Shown here: one piece after another, positions 47,224-60,554 of the stretch
Position numbering within the stretch: the stretch's first letter is position 1
How the letters are laid out: each line of letters opens with the position of its first letter
Assembly: GCF_009834535.1 (NCBI RefSeq)
Contig: NC_045707.1
Span: 48,610,001 to 48,674,000, forward strand
Reading direction: 5' to 3'
From: Camelus ferus
Lineage: Eukaryota
Length of the DNA: 64,000 bases
Notes under the pieces: model-generated
The model's database searches: none
What the model saw: the letters and a program-made list of their open reading frames with translations, nothing else
What the model was told of the DNA's origin: nothing
Made by a program: the position numbers and the translations under genes

Positions 47224-48534
47224 GTCTCAAATATCTTTGGAAAGAACGTGGGACAAGATACTGCTAATAAATGAGTGAGGCTTATGGGAGAAGAACCAAA
47301 AGAGAGAGGGTCTGTTGGGGCTCACCAGGCCAGGGGTCAAATACAGTCCATTGTGTCTGTGTCATAGATGAGTGGAAACTGCCCAGCTTCCTCCAGATGA
47401 ATAAATTTCTTATTTCTACATCTGCAGACTCTTTCCCTTCACTCCATCCTCTGTATCGTGCTTTCCAGTCGTTGGTCATTGGTCTTTATGATTTGCCCTA
47501 CCACTTTATTTCACCATGTTCTTTAATCATGTTGCTCTTTCCAGCTTTTAAAAACGGTTTCTATTCTTGTGATGCAGTCCCTTTCCATCAGTCTTTAATT
47601 CATTTAGCTAGAATTTGTTAAATTTTGAGCTGATGTCACCTTTTTTCCTTAATAGTGAATCATAAAAATAATCAATTTTGTGATTTTAATTTGCAAAGAC
47701 ACCCTTTGAGTGTGACTTCTTCTTTCTCTTGTGACTTTTCTCTTTCCATTCTGCATTTGTCCCTTGATTCAGGCTCTGTTCCTTCTCAACTCCTACACTG
47801 ACTTCTTTGGTTACTTTAGTTCGAAGAACAGCAGGCATCTTCTTGTGTTCTGTGGCCTAACTGCTTCTCTATTTCCTTTCCAGTGGATTTGGATGGACTT
47901 CCCTCTTCTGTTCACTCTTCACAGCAAGGGTCATATTCCCCAAGGAGATGACTTGCAACATCCATCATGACTGTTTTTTCCTTTGCCTTTTTGTCTTGCC
48001 ACCACCTGAAAAGCATCTTAATTTTTCTTTTCTCGTCAAAGCCTCTTCATCCTCTGTCCCTTTCTCTTAGTGGGTTTTGAGTCTTCCCTACATTGTACAG
48101 ATGTTACCTGCTCAGTTTTTAAAATCCCCCTTTCATTCTGAAGCCTTGAAGCTGACCCAGCAGCGTCTGTCTCCATTTACTTTGATTCATTAAGAAGTTT
48201 GCTCAAATTTGTTCTCTGCACACTTTTTTAACATCCCACTCTCTACCTTGCTATTTTGCTTAAGTTTGTTTTGTTTTTAAGCATGTTGCCTCTGTATGCT
48301 AGATATCCAAACTTTTCTCAACCACCAATTACCAGAAGCTCTTTCCAATCTGTTCTTGGGTATCCTTTACCCTTTTGGGGGGGTCCCCCTTGTCATATTA
48401 CTACTTCAAATTCATATCCTATCCAGATTCCAAGTCAGTCTCATATTTTAATGTCCACTACATCAGAATGACTCTTGTTTATGTGTCACAGTGCCACTTA
48501 TCTTCATCATCTCTCCAAGTGCTCGGGAAACCTA

Positions 48535-48702
48535 CTCTACTGCTCAAATGTGGCACCTGGTCCAGGTACTACTAACATAACCTGGGACTTGGTTAGAAAT
48601 GCAAATACTCAACCTTAACCACAGGCCTTCTGAATTGTAATCTGCAGTTTAACAAGCTTCTGTAGATAACATATACTCATAGTGAAGTTTAAGAAGCACC
48701 AG
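48535..48702. mobile_element. MER5A/B
   Basis: ctgctcaaatgtgg...acctgggacttggttagaaatgcaaatactca...aatctgcagtttaacaag...aagtttaagaagcaccag. Confidence 0.8.
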
Positions 48703-48949
48703 TGTGCTACAATATTCACAAATTTGAGGATGCATAAGATTTCACTGAGTGAGCTCAAGTATTTTGTGACTTGTACCCAAATCATATTGCCTCAAAGTCT
48801 CCTAGTTTCTCTTTGGATTTACATATAACTATTGCACAGTTACATGTAAGATAACAAATAACCTTTCTCCTATTCAGATTTATCAAACACTCTCCTTCCC
48901 AGCACGCATCATGGTCACATAGCTGAACTTCTTTCCATGTCCATGGGCA

Positions 48950-49105
48950 AGGTAAGACACTTATTTCATTTCCCATTTTCCTAATATAAAACTGAAAAGA
49001 GAAATCACGTGGTTTTCTTAGGGTTACCCAGCTAATCACGTGTGGAATGAAAACACGCACTCAAAATCCTTAACCCTTGGTCTAAAATTTGTACAGTACC
49101 ATACT
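48950..49105 (-). mobile_element. MIR
   Basis: tcccattttcctaatataaaactgaa...cttagggttacccagctaat. Confidence 0.55.
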
Positions 49106-50071
49106 GTTGTTTGTTGAAATAAATATATAATGCTACAAATGTTATTTTTTCCTATTTATTTCAATTTTTTAATATTAAGATACAAGTTTTAGATTATTGT
49201 TAAAGACACATTTGGAAATATAATCATACCTACAATATTCTATCAAGTGTACCTGGAGAGAATATAATCAAAATAAACTGAAGCTTTAGAAATTATATGC
49301 AAGAAAGGGTACAGTATTTCCTTAAAAATGGACAGAGGTTGGAGATGAAATTTTACAAGACAATATATTAAGCTCAGATATCTTTTGGAAAAGATTTCTA
49401 GAACTAGTCAGGGTATGTGCCATCCCCTTTAAACCTTTGCTGTCCCCTCATCCAGTTTGTCTTGACATACTTCTGCATTCCCTGTAACCCACTCATTAGC
49501 TTGCTCCCTTTTTCTTCAAAACAATGCAAATGTTATCATTTTTCCTCCTCTTTATTTATTATAAATCTCTCTAATACTAATATTGGAGAAGCATGGTTTT
49601 AGGGGAAGAAATGGAGGCACATTGAGGGACATTAAAACTTCATGAACATTCACAAAAAATTAAGAACTACTATTTTCACAGTGAAAGTAGAGTGATAGTC
49701 TAATTTGAGAGTCTCAACAACTAGTCTATAGTAATTAGATAAGTTTTATAATGTAGCAGTAGGCAAAATAAATCTATCAGCTAGCAATTTTGGCATATAA
49801 TTAGAAGATGAACATCTGGAGCTGAAATCAAAGTATGCTACTGATCCGTAATTTAAAATTTTGTTAAAATACCTCGCTAGAATTTATTTATCTATTGCTC
49901 TTGAAAATCTTAGTTACTGACACCATGTGATTTACAATGTGGAAATAAATATTATGGATAAAGTCCAAATCAAGAAGGCAGCATGTGATAGGAACATAAA
50001 ATTTGGGAACATATAAAGGACTGAATTTGAGCTTTGTATCTGTGACTTATTTTGTGACTTTGGCTAAGTGA

Positions 50072-50182
50072 CAGAGTGAACTACTCCTGATTTGCTTGGG
50101 ACTTTCCTGGTTTTAAAATTGAAAGTCTTGCATCCAAGGAACCCTCTTTATCCTGGGCAAACCAGGAGGGTTGTTCATGCTA
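50072..50182. mobile_element. MER81 (hAT-Blackjack) nested in a MIR (~49975-50250)
   Basis: cctgatttgcttgggactttcctggttttaaaattgaaagtc...cctgggcaaaccaggagggttgttcatgcta. MIR sequence continues on both sides. Confidence 0.8.
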
Positions 50183-50779
50183 ATAAATTACTTAAGCTTT
50201 CTAAGTATAAGATCCTTTACCTGAAATGTGTACATATGAGATGAGATATAAGTATTTTTTCTCTGTGTTCATATATATGTATATTCTACCAGAGTACCTA
50301 TAAAAATTCATTCTTTAGCAGGCTGTACACCATGATTGCAACAGATAAATCATAGTTATAATGGAGGAGAAAAATATCACAAAATGATCAGCAGAATTTT
50401 TACTTTAAGTACAAATTCACTAACACAAGAGATTTCTCTGAGAACTCTTAAAATCAAATTTTGTGTGGAAAATAAAATGCAACCTTGGTTTGGTAATAGT
50501 GAAAGGAGACACGAGTTTGAGACATTTTGCAGTCTGGAAACCAAATTTTCAGTTTTTAAAAGTAGAATGTTTTGGTAATATTATTTAGTCCACGATTGAA
50601 AAGAGGGAAATTGATGTCATTCTTCCACTGAATCTTAACAGAAGTTTATGAGAGGATGTTCTTTAAACAAAATAACAGAGAAGTCTCTCTGATTCATTTC
50701 CTGATTTTAGTCAAGTTTTAACAAGAGTCTTTGTAGAATATCAAGACTCCTGATTTCTGTGAAAGAGATCCATTTATTT

Positions 50780-51560
50780 TATCATCCCTGCAGTCCTCGA
50801 GTAAGCACATGCTGGACTCCTTTTCCATGTCAGGAACTGAACCCGACATTGTGGGTATAAGGTTATCATCACTGCCCTTGAGGAACTCATGATTTAAGGA
50901 GGGAGTCAGGTAAAATATGGAGTCAGATGGTTAAAATACAATCTGATTCATGCTAAAATAGAACTCTAAACAGTACTATGAAGACAAAAATGAAGAACAG
51001 CTATGTGCCCAAAGGAGTCTGGAAGGCTTCAGAGCTTGTGACACTTGAGTAGAGTCTGTAAGGATGAGTTAGACTCCACCAAGCGGAACAGAGTCAGAAA
51101 GGCATTCCCAAAAAGGAAACAGTATATCCAAATGCAAGAAGGCATGACAAAGCCTGTCATTTTTAGGGGAGAGCAATGCTGGCAGAATACTGGTGTCAAG
51201 ATCAGAAAGATGGGAAGAAATGAATTTGGAGAAACATCCTTAACATTTAAAAGTCTTTTAGTCATTTTCTTGTAGGTATTGGAGAAACATCAAATTTTTT
51301 TAGAGAGGGAATTGAGTTCTTCAGTTTTTGAAAATAACTTTGACAGAAGTGTGATGGAATGATTAATATGATGGAGACTAGAGGTAAAAAGCTCAGAGAG
51401 AAGGCTACTGTATTAATCAGAAGAGACATGAAAAAACTCAAAGGAAGCCAGTGGTCATTGAGTAGGGAGAGGAGAGCATAGTTTTGACTGGATATTTTCT
51501 ATCAGATACTTCAACTATTGAATATTGAGATGGGAATGGGATGAGGCAGACCTGTTTGGA
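50780..51560 (-). mobile_element. L2 3' region
   Basis: cactgcccttgaggaactcatgattta...ggaaggcttcagagc...gagaaggctactgtattaatcag. Confidence 0.7.
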
Positions 51561-52439
51561 CAGCTAGTTGGATCGAGCTTTTTAAATGGGATTTTACCAG
51601 CTTAAGCTAACTGTAGCATCGAAGAGTCATGAAAGGAGTCTGTGCCTAACCATGAGGACATTTGGGGCCATTGTGACTTTAAAAGCCTGGAATTTAAAAT
51701 AAGAATAATGCTTTCAGAGACAGAAAAATGAGTGAGCATAGAGTCTGTGTTCTCCATGAATTCCCAAAGGAAAGAAACTGATCCCATAAGAATAGGATTT
51801 GAGTTGTCAAGGTGCGCCCAGGGTACAGAAATCTTATGGTAACAGTGTACACTGAAGCGGAATGTGCATTTGGAACTTCAGTCAGGCTGCTTTGAACTTA
51901 GAGGTAGGGCCACTCTTTCACAGAGTGTCTAATGCTTTCCTGGACCTCAAGCAATATTCAACATTTATCTTGGGTTAAATCTAAAGTCTTTGAAATTCAA
52001 TAAAAGGATTGTCTCTTGGAGAATCAAGCCAGCAAATAGTACTATGGAAACTGGAATGCATGAAGAGAAAAGTGTGCCTTTGGGGGCTGGCAAAGCATAA
52101 AGAACCTAGATGAAATCTTTAAGTAAACAAAAGTAGAGCAATGAACTATAGCAAATTAATAGATAAAAGTGTTGTAAGTGGAAGGGATTTACCAGAATCC
52201 CCTTTTAAACTTGGCCACAGAGCCAACTTAACAAGCTGCAAATACTTGTAGAATGCAAATAACCATTATAATGAAAGAAAAGCTAGCATAGCTAGACCAG
52301 TTTCAAGGGAAGTTAATGAAAATGGGCAAGAAACAACTGGTATCGGGCGCTCTCAATGGGTGAAGCTAAAAGTATGAGGTTACATGGAAAAGAAGGAAAA
52401 GTGCCATATATTTGATTAATGAATAAAACATTTTTCTTT

Positions 52440-53760
52440 ATAAATATTCTGATTTTCAAAAATATAAATGCATGCTCATTATAACAAATGAAACAGAGAG
52501 ATAAAAAGAAGATAAAAATATCTCCAGATGACCCCCAGCCTCATCCACTTCCATACTTCTGAGAGTAATAGATTAACCACATCTTTTACAAGCCATTATA
52601 CAGATAAATGGGTTTAGGTGGCAGTGTTTTTACATACCCAAGTTATGACCACATTGCTCTGCAACTTTCTTTTTTCATTTTGCAATGGATTATGGACAGC
52701 TCTTCAGTTGTGTAGGCAAAGATTTATTCCATCCATAATGAAAACTCAGATTGTTCACAGTGTAGCCATTGTAAGAAGTGGAGCAAACAAACAAACAAAT
52801 TGTACATATATTATTATATGTGGTACTATCATTTTGGTAGAGCCAAACAAAGGACTTAAAATTTTTAATTATAACAGATATTGCCAGACTATTTTCAAGA
52901 AAAATTTCAGTTAACACCCTCCCACTAGCAACATGGCTTAAGGAAGTTTCAGTTTTCTCATGTTATTAGACCTGAATGTTACAGGTATTTTATAAATGCT
53001 TGCAAATATGATTAGTAAAATATGTTATTGTTGTTTTAACTTGCATTTTCCTGAGTTTTCCTTTGAACTCTGGGTGACATCTCTGAAATAATTTTTTTAA
53101 TCTTTGCATTGTCTCCCCTGTGAATTGCCTGTTCATCTTTTTTACCAATTTTGATTGACTTTTTCCTTTTTAGTTGTTTTTCTTCAATTTGTAAGATGCC
53201 TTTATATATTCTGGAACTTAGGTCATCTCCCAGTGTATTCAGGTTTTGTTTTATCGTTTATTTCAGATAGGCAACTTATCTCTGTTACTAATTTTATTAC
53301 TAGGTATTTGTAGTTTTGTTACATTTAGAATTTTTAAAAATTAAGACATAGAGCATATTTATAGAACAGTGCAAGAAAATGTTAAGTGTACACTTAATGA
53401 ATCAATACCAAGCACACATCTAAGTAGCCACTTTTAGCACTTTTAGATCAGAATATAGGCTATCTAGCACCTCAAATGTCCTCTGCTATGCCACCTCCAA
53501 ATTTCTATCCCTCCCTTGTCCGAAAAGGTTCACCCTTTTCTTAACTTTGAATACTGTATACTTTTGCTTTTTATGTATTTTTCTTTGTATTGAACATATA
53601 CAAAAGGAATAACAATGTGCAGTCTTTTGTGTTTGACTAGGGGCAACGTTATGTATTTCAGATTCATAGCAGGTATATCTGGATACTTCACTTTTACTGT
53701 TCTGTTTATCCATTCTATTATTAATGGGCATAAACACTGCTTTTAGTTTGGGATTATTAC
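52440..53760 (-). mobile_element. Old L1ME-type fragments
   Basis: ttttaattataacagatattgccagact...ttgttttaacttgcattttcctga...ccctgtgaattgcctgttcat; tttatccattctattattaatgggcat. Confidence 0.7.
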
Positions 53761-53764
53761 ATAT

Positions 53765-55400
53765 GCAGTTATTGTGATTTTCATCTGCATTTACCTAATG
53801 ATTAACGGCGTTGAACTTTTTTATGTGTTTATTTCCATTCATATCTTCTTCAGACAAACATCAATTCAAGTCTTGCCCATTTTTGAACAAGGTTTTGTTC
53901 TGTTGTTGAACTTTATAGTTCTCTATATAGAGAACTTATCAGATATATGATTTGCAAATATTGTCTCCCATTTCATAGGTCTCCTTTTCACTCTGTTGAC
54001 AGTGTTCTTTGATGTACAGAGATTTGTAACTTTTATGAAGTTCAATTTGTCTGATTTTGCTTTTTTTTGCCTTGCCTCTCATGTCATATCAAAGAAATCA
54101 TTACCAGTGTTGTGAAGCTTTTTTCTATGCTATCCTCTGGGAGTTTTATTGTTTTGGATCTAAAATTTAGGTATTTGATCCATTTTGAGTTAATTTTTGC
54201 ATATGTATTAGGTAAAGGTCCAAATTCATTCTTTTGTACGCAGATATCCAGTTTCAATGGTCTTAGAACCCTTGTTGAAAAGAATTTAACCATATATTCA
54301 AGGATGTATTTCTGGGCTCTCTATTCTATTTTCCATTGTTCTGTATGTCTGTCTTTATGCCAATACCACACTGTTTTGATTATAGTAAATTTGTACCTTT
54401 GTAGTATGTGTTGAAATACGAAAGTATAAATCCTCCAACTTTGTTCTTTTTCAAAATTGCTTTGCCTGTTTGGAGTTCCTTGAAATTCCATGTGAATTTT
54501 ACATGGACTTTTCTATTTCTGCAAAAAAAAAAAAAAAAAAAAAAAGTCATTGGAATTCTGATTGGGTTGAATCTGTAGCTCTTTTTGATAAGTATAGAGA
54601 TCTTAATATTAAATCTTCCAGTCTGTGAATGTGGGTTGTCTTTCATTTATTTGTGTCTGTCATTTCTTTCAGTAATGCTTTATAGCATTGCTTGTATAAG
54701 TCTTTCTTTCACCTCCTTGGTTAAATCTTGAGTATTTTTTTGATGCTATTGAAAACTAAATTATTTTCTTAATTTTCAGATTGTTCATTGTTAGTATATA
54801 GAAATGCATCTGATTTTTGTGTTGACTCTGTATACAGCAACTTTACTAAATTCATTTTATTAGCTCAAACAAATTTTTTTGTGGAGTCTTCAGGGATTCT
54901 TACATATAAGATCATACCATCTGTGGACAGAGATAATTTTACTTCTTTCTGTTTAATTTGGATGCCTCTTATTTATTTTTCTTGCCCAATTACTGTTTAG
55001 GACATGCAGTACTGTGTTAAATAGAAGTGGTCAAAGTAGGCATCCTTGCTTTGTCCCTGATCCCAGAGGAAAAGCTTTCAGTATTTCACTAGTGAGTATG
55101 ATGTTCACTGTGGATTTTTCGTTATAGCTTTTATTATGTTGGGGTAGTTTACTTCTATTTCTATTTTGTCTTTATATCATGAAAAGTGCTTGAATTATGT
55201 CAGATGCTTTTTTTCCATCAAATGAGATGCCCATGTTATTTTTCTTCTGTTTATCCTGTTAATATAATGCATTACATTGATCAATTTTCATATGTTGAAC
55301 ATTCCTTGCATTCCAGGAGTAAATCCCACTTGGTCATGGTGCATAATTTTTTTATGCTGTTGAATTTAGTTTGTTAGTATTTTCTTAAGGGTTTTTGTCA
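53765..55400 (-). mobile_element. L1M ORF2 remnant (RT to C-terminal region)
   Basis: Minus ORFs 54380-54646 (YRFNPIRIPMTFF...KAILKKNKVGG) and 54084-54293 (YAKINSKWIKYLNFRSKTIK) match L1 ORF2, with frameshifts. Confidence 0.92.
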
Positions 55401-55409
55401 TTCTTCTAG

Positions 55410-56705
55410 GTACCTTCAGTGTTCTCATGGAAAATATATCCAATTTCCTGGCTTCCCAATTTCTTGACCTTATTTTCAAAGACTTTCTCCTTCAATATAT
55501 CTAAGCCACTGACACCTTCAATTACGCATATCAATCTGGCCCCAAACCTTGTCCTTTACTGTTCTTCCCGAATGGGCATGTTGAGTTTGAGGTACTAGTG
55601 AAGAATTAAAGTGGAGATCTAATATACACAGTTAGATTTGAGTCTGGAATTCAGAAAAGTTGTATGAAATGGAGGTGTAAATTTTAGAGGCATGACTTTA
55701 AATAAGATGGCATGAGGATAGACTATAGGGTGAGAATAGGAGAGGGCCTAGGATTGAACAATGACCAGCTACAACATTTAAAGACCAGGAGAGAACTGAG
55801 AGCCAAACTGGCAAAAGAGACAGGGAAAAAGTGGCCACTGTGGTAAAAGGAGATTCTACTGTCATGGAAGTCACAGACTAGAGTGCTCTGAAGTGAGGCA
55901 ATTGAATGATGCTAAGCAGTCAAGAATGAAAAATATCTAGTAGTTTGAACGTTATTAAGGTTATTTGAGTCCCTATTAAAAACCATTTTAGTGGCATAGA
56001 GGAATGGAAACCATATTAAGAAGTGCGAATAAAAGGAGAGGAAATTTAAAAATAAAAAAGATATCAGCTACTTTTCTGGAAGCTGGAGGAGGAAGTGCTT
56101 GCTTATTTAATTATTTTTATGGGTACAGTTAGACCACAATTTCTGATGTGTTTACCACTCAAATTTCTTTCAAACAGAGTACCATGCCTCCATCTCCTCC
56201 TCACCTCTACCACCTCCTGCAATACTGGCCTCTCCTACCATCACCACCACCTTGTTCCAAGTTACCATCTTTTTTACAGAGACTATAGCCATAGAATCTT
56301 ATTGATGTTTCCTTATCTGTTCTTCTCCTCCACCAATTGATTCTCCACACAAAGCCAGTGTGATCTTTCATAAACACAAATCGTATCATCTCCAAGCTTA
56401 AAATACTTTGATGGCTTCCCATTGCTCTTAGCATAAAGACTGAAATTCCTGATCTGATTTACAACACCCCCTGTGATGTGCTCCTGATTTTTTCTCTGAC
56501 CTCATCTCTGGACATTTCCCTGCTTTTAACTTTGTCATACTGGGTTGTTTTCAGTTTCCTGAACATGTCAACCTTGTTCACCAGACTCTAACTTTTATGA
56601 GAGATGGATTTAGGTCTGTCTTCCAGAGCAAATTTTTTCAGAATCTAGCAGAGTATCTTACATGTACTAGGTGTTCAATAAAGATTTCTTGAATGAACAA
56701 ATGAT
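55410..56705. mobile_element. L2 pieces in +/-/+ orientation
   Basis: 55410-55520 (+) ccaatttcctggcttccc; ~55565-56090 (-) gggcatgttgagtttgagg...gagtctggaattcag; ~56150-56705 (+) ending tgttcaataaagatttcttgaatgaa. Confidence 0.7.
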
Positions 56706-58616
56706 ACTTCTTGTGCTTAAATAAAATATAAGGAGAGAAGGAAGACATGAGGGGAAAGAAAGGAGGAGGAAAAATAAAGCAGAGAAGATAAAGAAGAAGA
56801 GCAAAGAGTGGGGTAGAAAAAAAGAAGTGAAAGAAAATGAGCAATGATTACCTTCTGTTCCAAATAAAATTCAAAGTCCTTAATGTAGCTGTGGCTTACA
56901 CATCCCTTAGTGATTTGTCGCTTGACTAAGCTTGAAGTTCTCTTCTGGCCCTTTGCCCACACTCACCCAGCACATTCTTGCACCTGTAGTCCAGGAAAAC
57001 TATTTTAGTGGCAATAAATAAATAAAAAACTAACACCGTTCTTGGGGTACCATTCCAGTTCATAAAATAATAAATCTTATTATTGCTCTTGTGGTTGTTT
57101 TTATTTTTATATAATATTCAGAGAGATGGAGGGGAATATGTTTCATTTCCTTCTAGAACTTATTACTAAGCTGTGATTTTAGCGTTGAATTTTAATAGCA
57201 ACCATTGGCCAAAAAATGGTTAAATACATCATAGTAACCAAATTCCTGTAGTTTTAAGCCACATCTAATGCATAATTAAAAGTAGACAAGCAGTATTTCT
57301 GTTGACTAAACTAAGAAATTTGATGTTAAAGTTTATTATTATTATTATTTTAATGATGGCTAACAGTTGTTATACCAAGGATTTATTGTTTGTTGAGAGT
57401 TTGCAGTGGTTGACAAGCCCCACAGCGATGCATACATCCTGATACTCAGAAACAGAGAAAGGCAATGGTGTGTTCCTTTGAGTCCACATAGATATGGGTT
57501 ACACAGACAGTGATGGCTTCATTACAGAGTGAGTATGTAATCCTGGAATTCATGCTTTTCTTCACCTGAGGAGACAACTTCAAAGTAAAACCTGTTTTAT
57601 TGACTTTGATAAGAGATACTCTCCTAGGAACAAAGGTATATGCTTGGTTTTCTTCTGAGAAAATCAGCCCTATTTTCTTTAAGAAGGCAAGGCCAAAACA
57701 AACAAAGAAACCTGACAAAATTTTAGTTATAAACCAGATATATTATAAACAGGATAGACTGGCAAAAATGCTGAAATCATTCTCCTGTATGTCTGACATC
57801 ATTAAAGTAGCACTTCATTTAAAATCTGGGCTCAGGATTCGCAGGGTGAAGGACAAATACATAACCAACTGAATCCAAGTAAAGAATATCTTAGATAGTC
57901 ATAAGTCCAGGTTAGATCTATTTCTATAAGTATCATAACTTTATATCAAGTTTGAAATATTGAATTGATTTCATCACAAATATATATTATGTCTCGCTTT
58001 TCAAAGGAGGGGCAATAAATAATTCATTCACCAGTGTACACTCCATGTTTACTATGTGGCACATATATGCTATATAGATATAATATGTACGCTGTATATT
58101 TTAGTAGATGAGGCTCTAACAGTGAACAAACCAAACATCACCTCCCTTCTGCGGTTCTAGTCTAATATGAGTGGAGACATTCATAAACAAATGCACAAGT
58201 AAATCATATAATATGTCAGAGTCTTGAGTAGCATGAAAAAAATGTAACAAAGTAGGATGGGGGGGACAGGAAGTGCAAGGGGTGGGGGAGAGTTGCTGTT
58301 TGAGAAAGAATGTGAGGGAGGCTTCTGATAAAGTAGATGAGACCTGCAGGTGGTAAGAAGGTTGCTGTCAGATACCTGGAGGAAGAGTATTTCTAAGGGC
58401 AGAGAAGAGCACATGCAAAGCCCCAGGGGTGAGGTTGTGCTTAATGTGTTTGGGACACAGGAAGGAAGCTAGCATGGCTGGAGCTGGTTAGTCGTTATAG
58501 GAGGTTTGGTCAGTGAGATAGAAGGGAGCCAGAGTTTGTAGGGTCTGTAAGCGACTAGCATTTATTCTGATGAAGTTGTATGTCATGGAGGGCTATGAAA
58601 GAAAAATGACATGATC

Positions 58617-58900
58617 TGTATTAATTAGAGTATAGCTAACTCCTGGAACAAACTGACTCAACGATGTAAAATTTCTCAAATCCAGTAGATTTATATATTC
58701 ATCCAAAGCAGGTGTTCCTTTTTGGCATATGGTTTTCCTCAATTTTGGTGTATGATCTTCCTCTGTTTGATAATCCAGGGACCCAGTCTGCACCCACCAT
58801 CCTCTGGAGCCTGGTTGCCATCTTCATCTAGCCAGTGAAACAGGAAAGAGATTCTAGCAATTTCCTAGGACTCAATGGCCTCTCTAGACACATGATATAC
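58617..58900 (-). mobile_element. Probable old MLT1 LTR fragment inside L2
   Basis: tgtattaattagagtatagctaactcctggaacaaa...ataatccagggacccag. L2 text resumes at tttaacaggatcactctggctgctgtgtggagaa. Confidence 0.5.
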
Positions 58901-60400
58901 AACTTATACTTTAACAGGATCACTCTGGCTGCTGTGTGGAGAACAAACTATAAGGGTGGAATGGGTGTAAGTAGAGAAAATAGAAATAGAAAAGAGATCT
59001 TGCTCTTTTAATAAACCAAATAGGATAGGATGGTGGTTTGGGCCATAATGGTATCCATGGAGATAGTGAGCAGTCATGGTATTCTGTCTGTATTTTGAAA
59101 GGACAGATAGATGTGGGATGTGATAGAAAAGGGGAAGTCAGGAATGACTCGGTTTGAACTGTTGGAAGAACGAAGGTTGCCATTTACAGATACGAGGAAA
59201 GTTGTATCAGAAGCAGTTTTTATCTGTAATTTAATTTTTGAGAAGTGGAGATTGGTACTTAAATTTTGGACATACTAAGTTTAAGATGCCTAGTAGACAT
59301 TCAGATGGGTCAAGAGAACAATCAGGTATAGGAGTCTGGGTTTTGAGAGAGAGCTCTGGCCTACAGCTAAAATTTGGGCATATAGATGCTTTTACAGTGA
59401 TGATAAAATATCCTAGTGAGTGAATGTGGAAAAAGTAAAAGAAGATCTGAGGACTAAGTCTGAGTCTTGCAGCACTCCAGTATTTAGAGGTCACTGCAAT
59501 AAAAAATAACTAGCAAAGCAGTGAGGAGGTATAGCCAGAAATTTAAGTAAAATAAAACATGAAAAGTGAGGAAATGATCTCAACAAGAGGAGAGAATAAT
59601 CAGTCATGTGAAAAGATGCTAACAGATTATGAAAATTGAGCACCAATTCATGCATCATTGGGCTTAATAATGTAAAAAAAAATCAGTCGCCAAAATATCA
59701 AGAAAATATTTGGTGGAGTAGTGGTGGTGATGGTGGTGGGTGAATGCATTCAAGGAAGAAGAAGGCAAATGAGAATAGCAAACAGAGACTTTTTTGAGGA
59801 CTAATGTTATAAAGAGAAACAGAAAAGTGGGGTGATATCTGGAAGAGGATGTGAAATCAAAGGGGATTTTTAAGATGTGAAAGTCTATAGCATATTTTTA
59901 ATTTAAACAGAATATCCCAGCAGAGAAGGAAAAAATGAAAATGTTGACGAGGTAGGGATCAAATGCTGGAGAAATGCCCATGACTAGCCAATAAACTGAG
60001 GGGTTTGTCTTGAGAACAGTAATAGAATTTCCGTAACAATAAAAGCAAATACAGACAGGTAAATGGGGAGATGAAGTGGTGAGAACTTGTGGATGTAGGC
60101 TTTTGATTGCCTCTACTGTCTCACGGGAACAGGACCCAAAGGCACCATCTAAGAATGAGGTGGAGGGAGAGTTTCAGAGGTTGGAAGTGGTCAGAAAGTA
60201 AATAACTAGGGGAGTGTGATATAATTGCTGCCATCATTCAGGACCCACTTAAGATGTTTTTTGTATTTTCCTCCAGCATATTTAATTATGTGGATCCACG
60301 TACTGAGGAGGTGGAAAAGGGGATTTAACCAAGGTGATGGGTATGGTTAGCCAGGTGAGATGAAGGGAGAAAGGACAATGGAGTTGAAAATATGTGTTAA

Positions 60401-60554
60401 TATAGCACAGGAAACTATAGTCAATATCTTGTAGTAACCTATAATGAAAAAGAATATGAAAAGGAATAAATGTATGTATATGTATGATTGAAACATTAAG
60501 CTGTACACCAGAAATTGACACATTGTAAACTGACTATACTTCAATTTAAAAAAA
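60401..60554 (+). mobile_element. Short young L1 3' end, camelid-type, with TSD
   Basis: tatagcacaggaaactatagtcaatatcttgtagtaacctataatgaaaaagaatatgaaaagg...ctgtacaccagaaattgacacattgtaaactgactatacttcaat. Flanks gaaaatatgtgttaa (60386-60400) and gaaaagatgtgtcaa (60555-60569). Confidence 0.85.

Noticed and set aside
54067..55377. Cluster of ORFs as a gene
   Set aside because: Frameshifted L1 ORF2 remnants and their antisense frames.
57492..57528. Plus-strand 37 nt exon (AGA|GTGAGT donor)
   Set aside because: The acceptor lacks a good polypyrimidine tract, and a lone donor is expected by chance.
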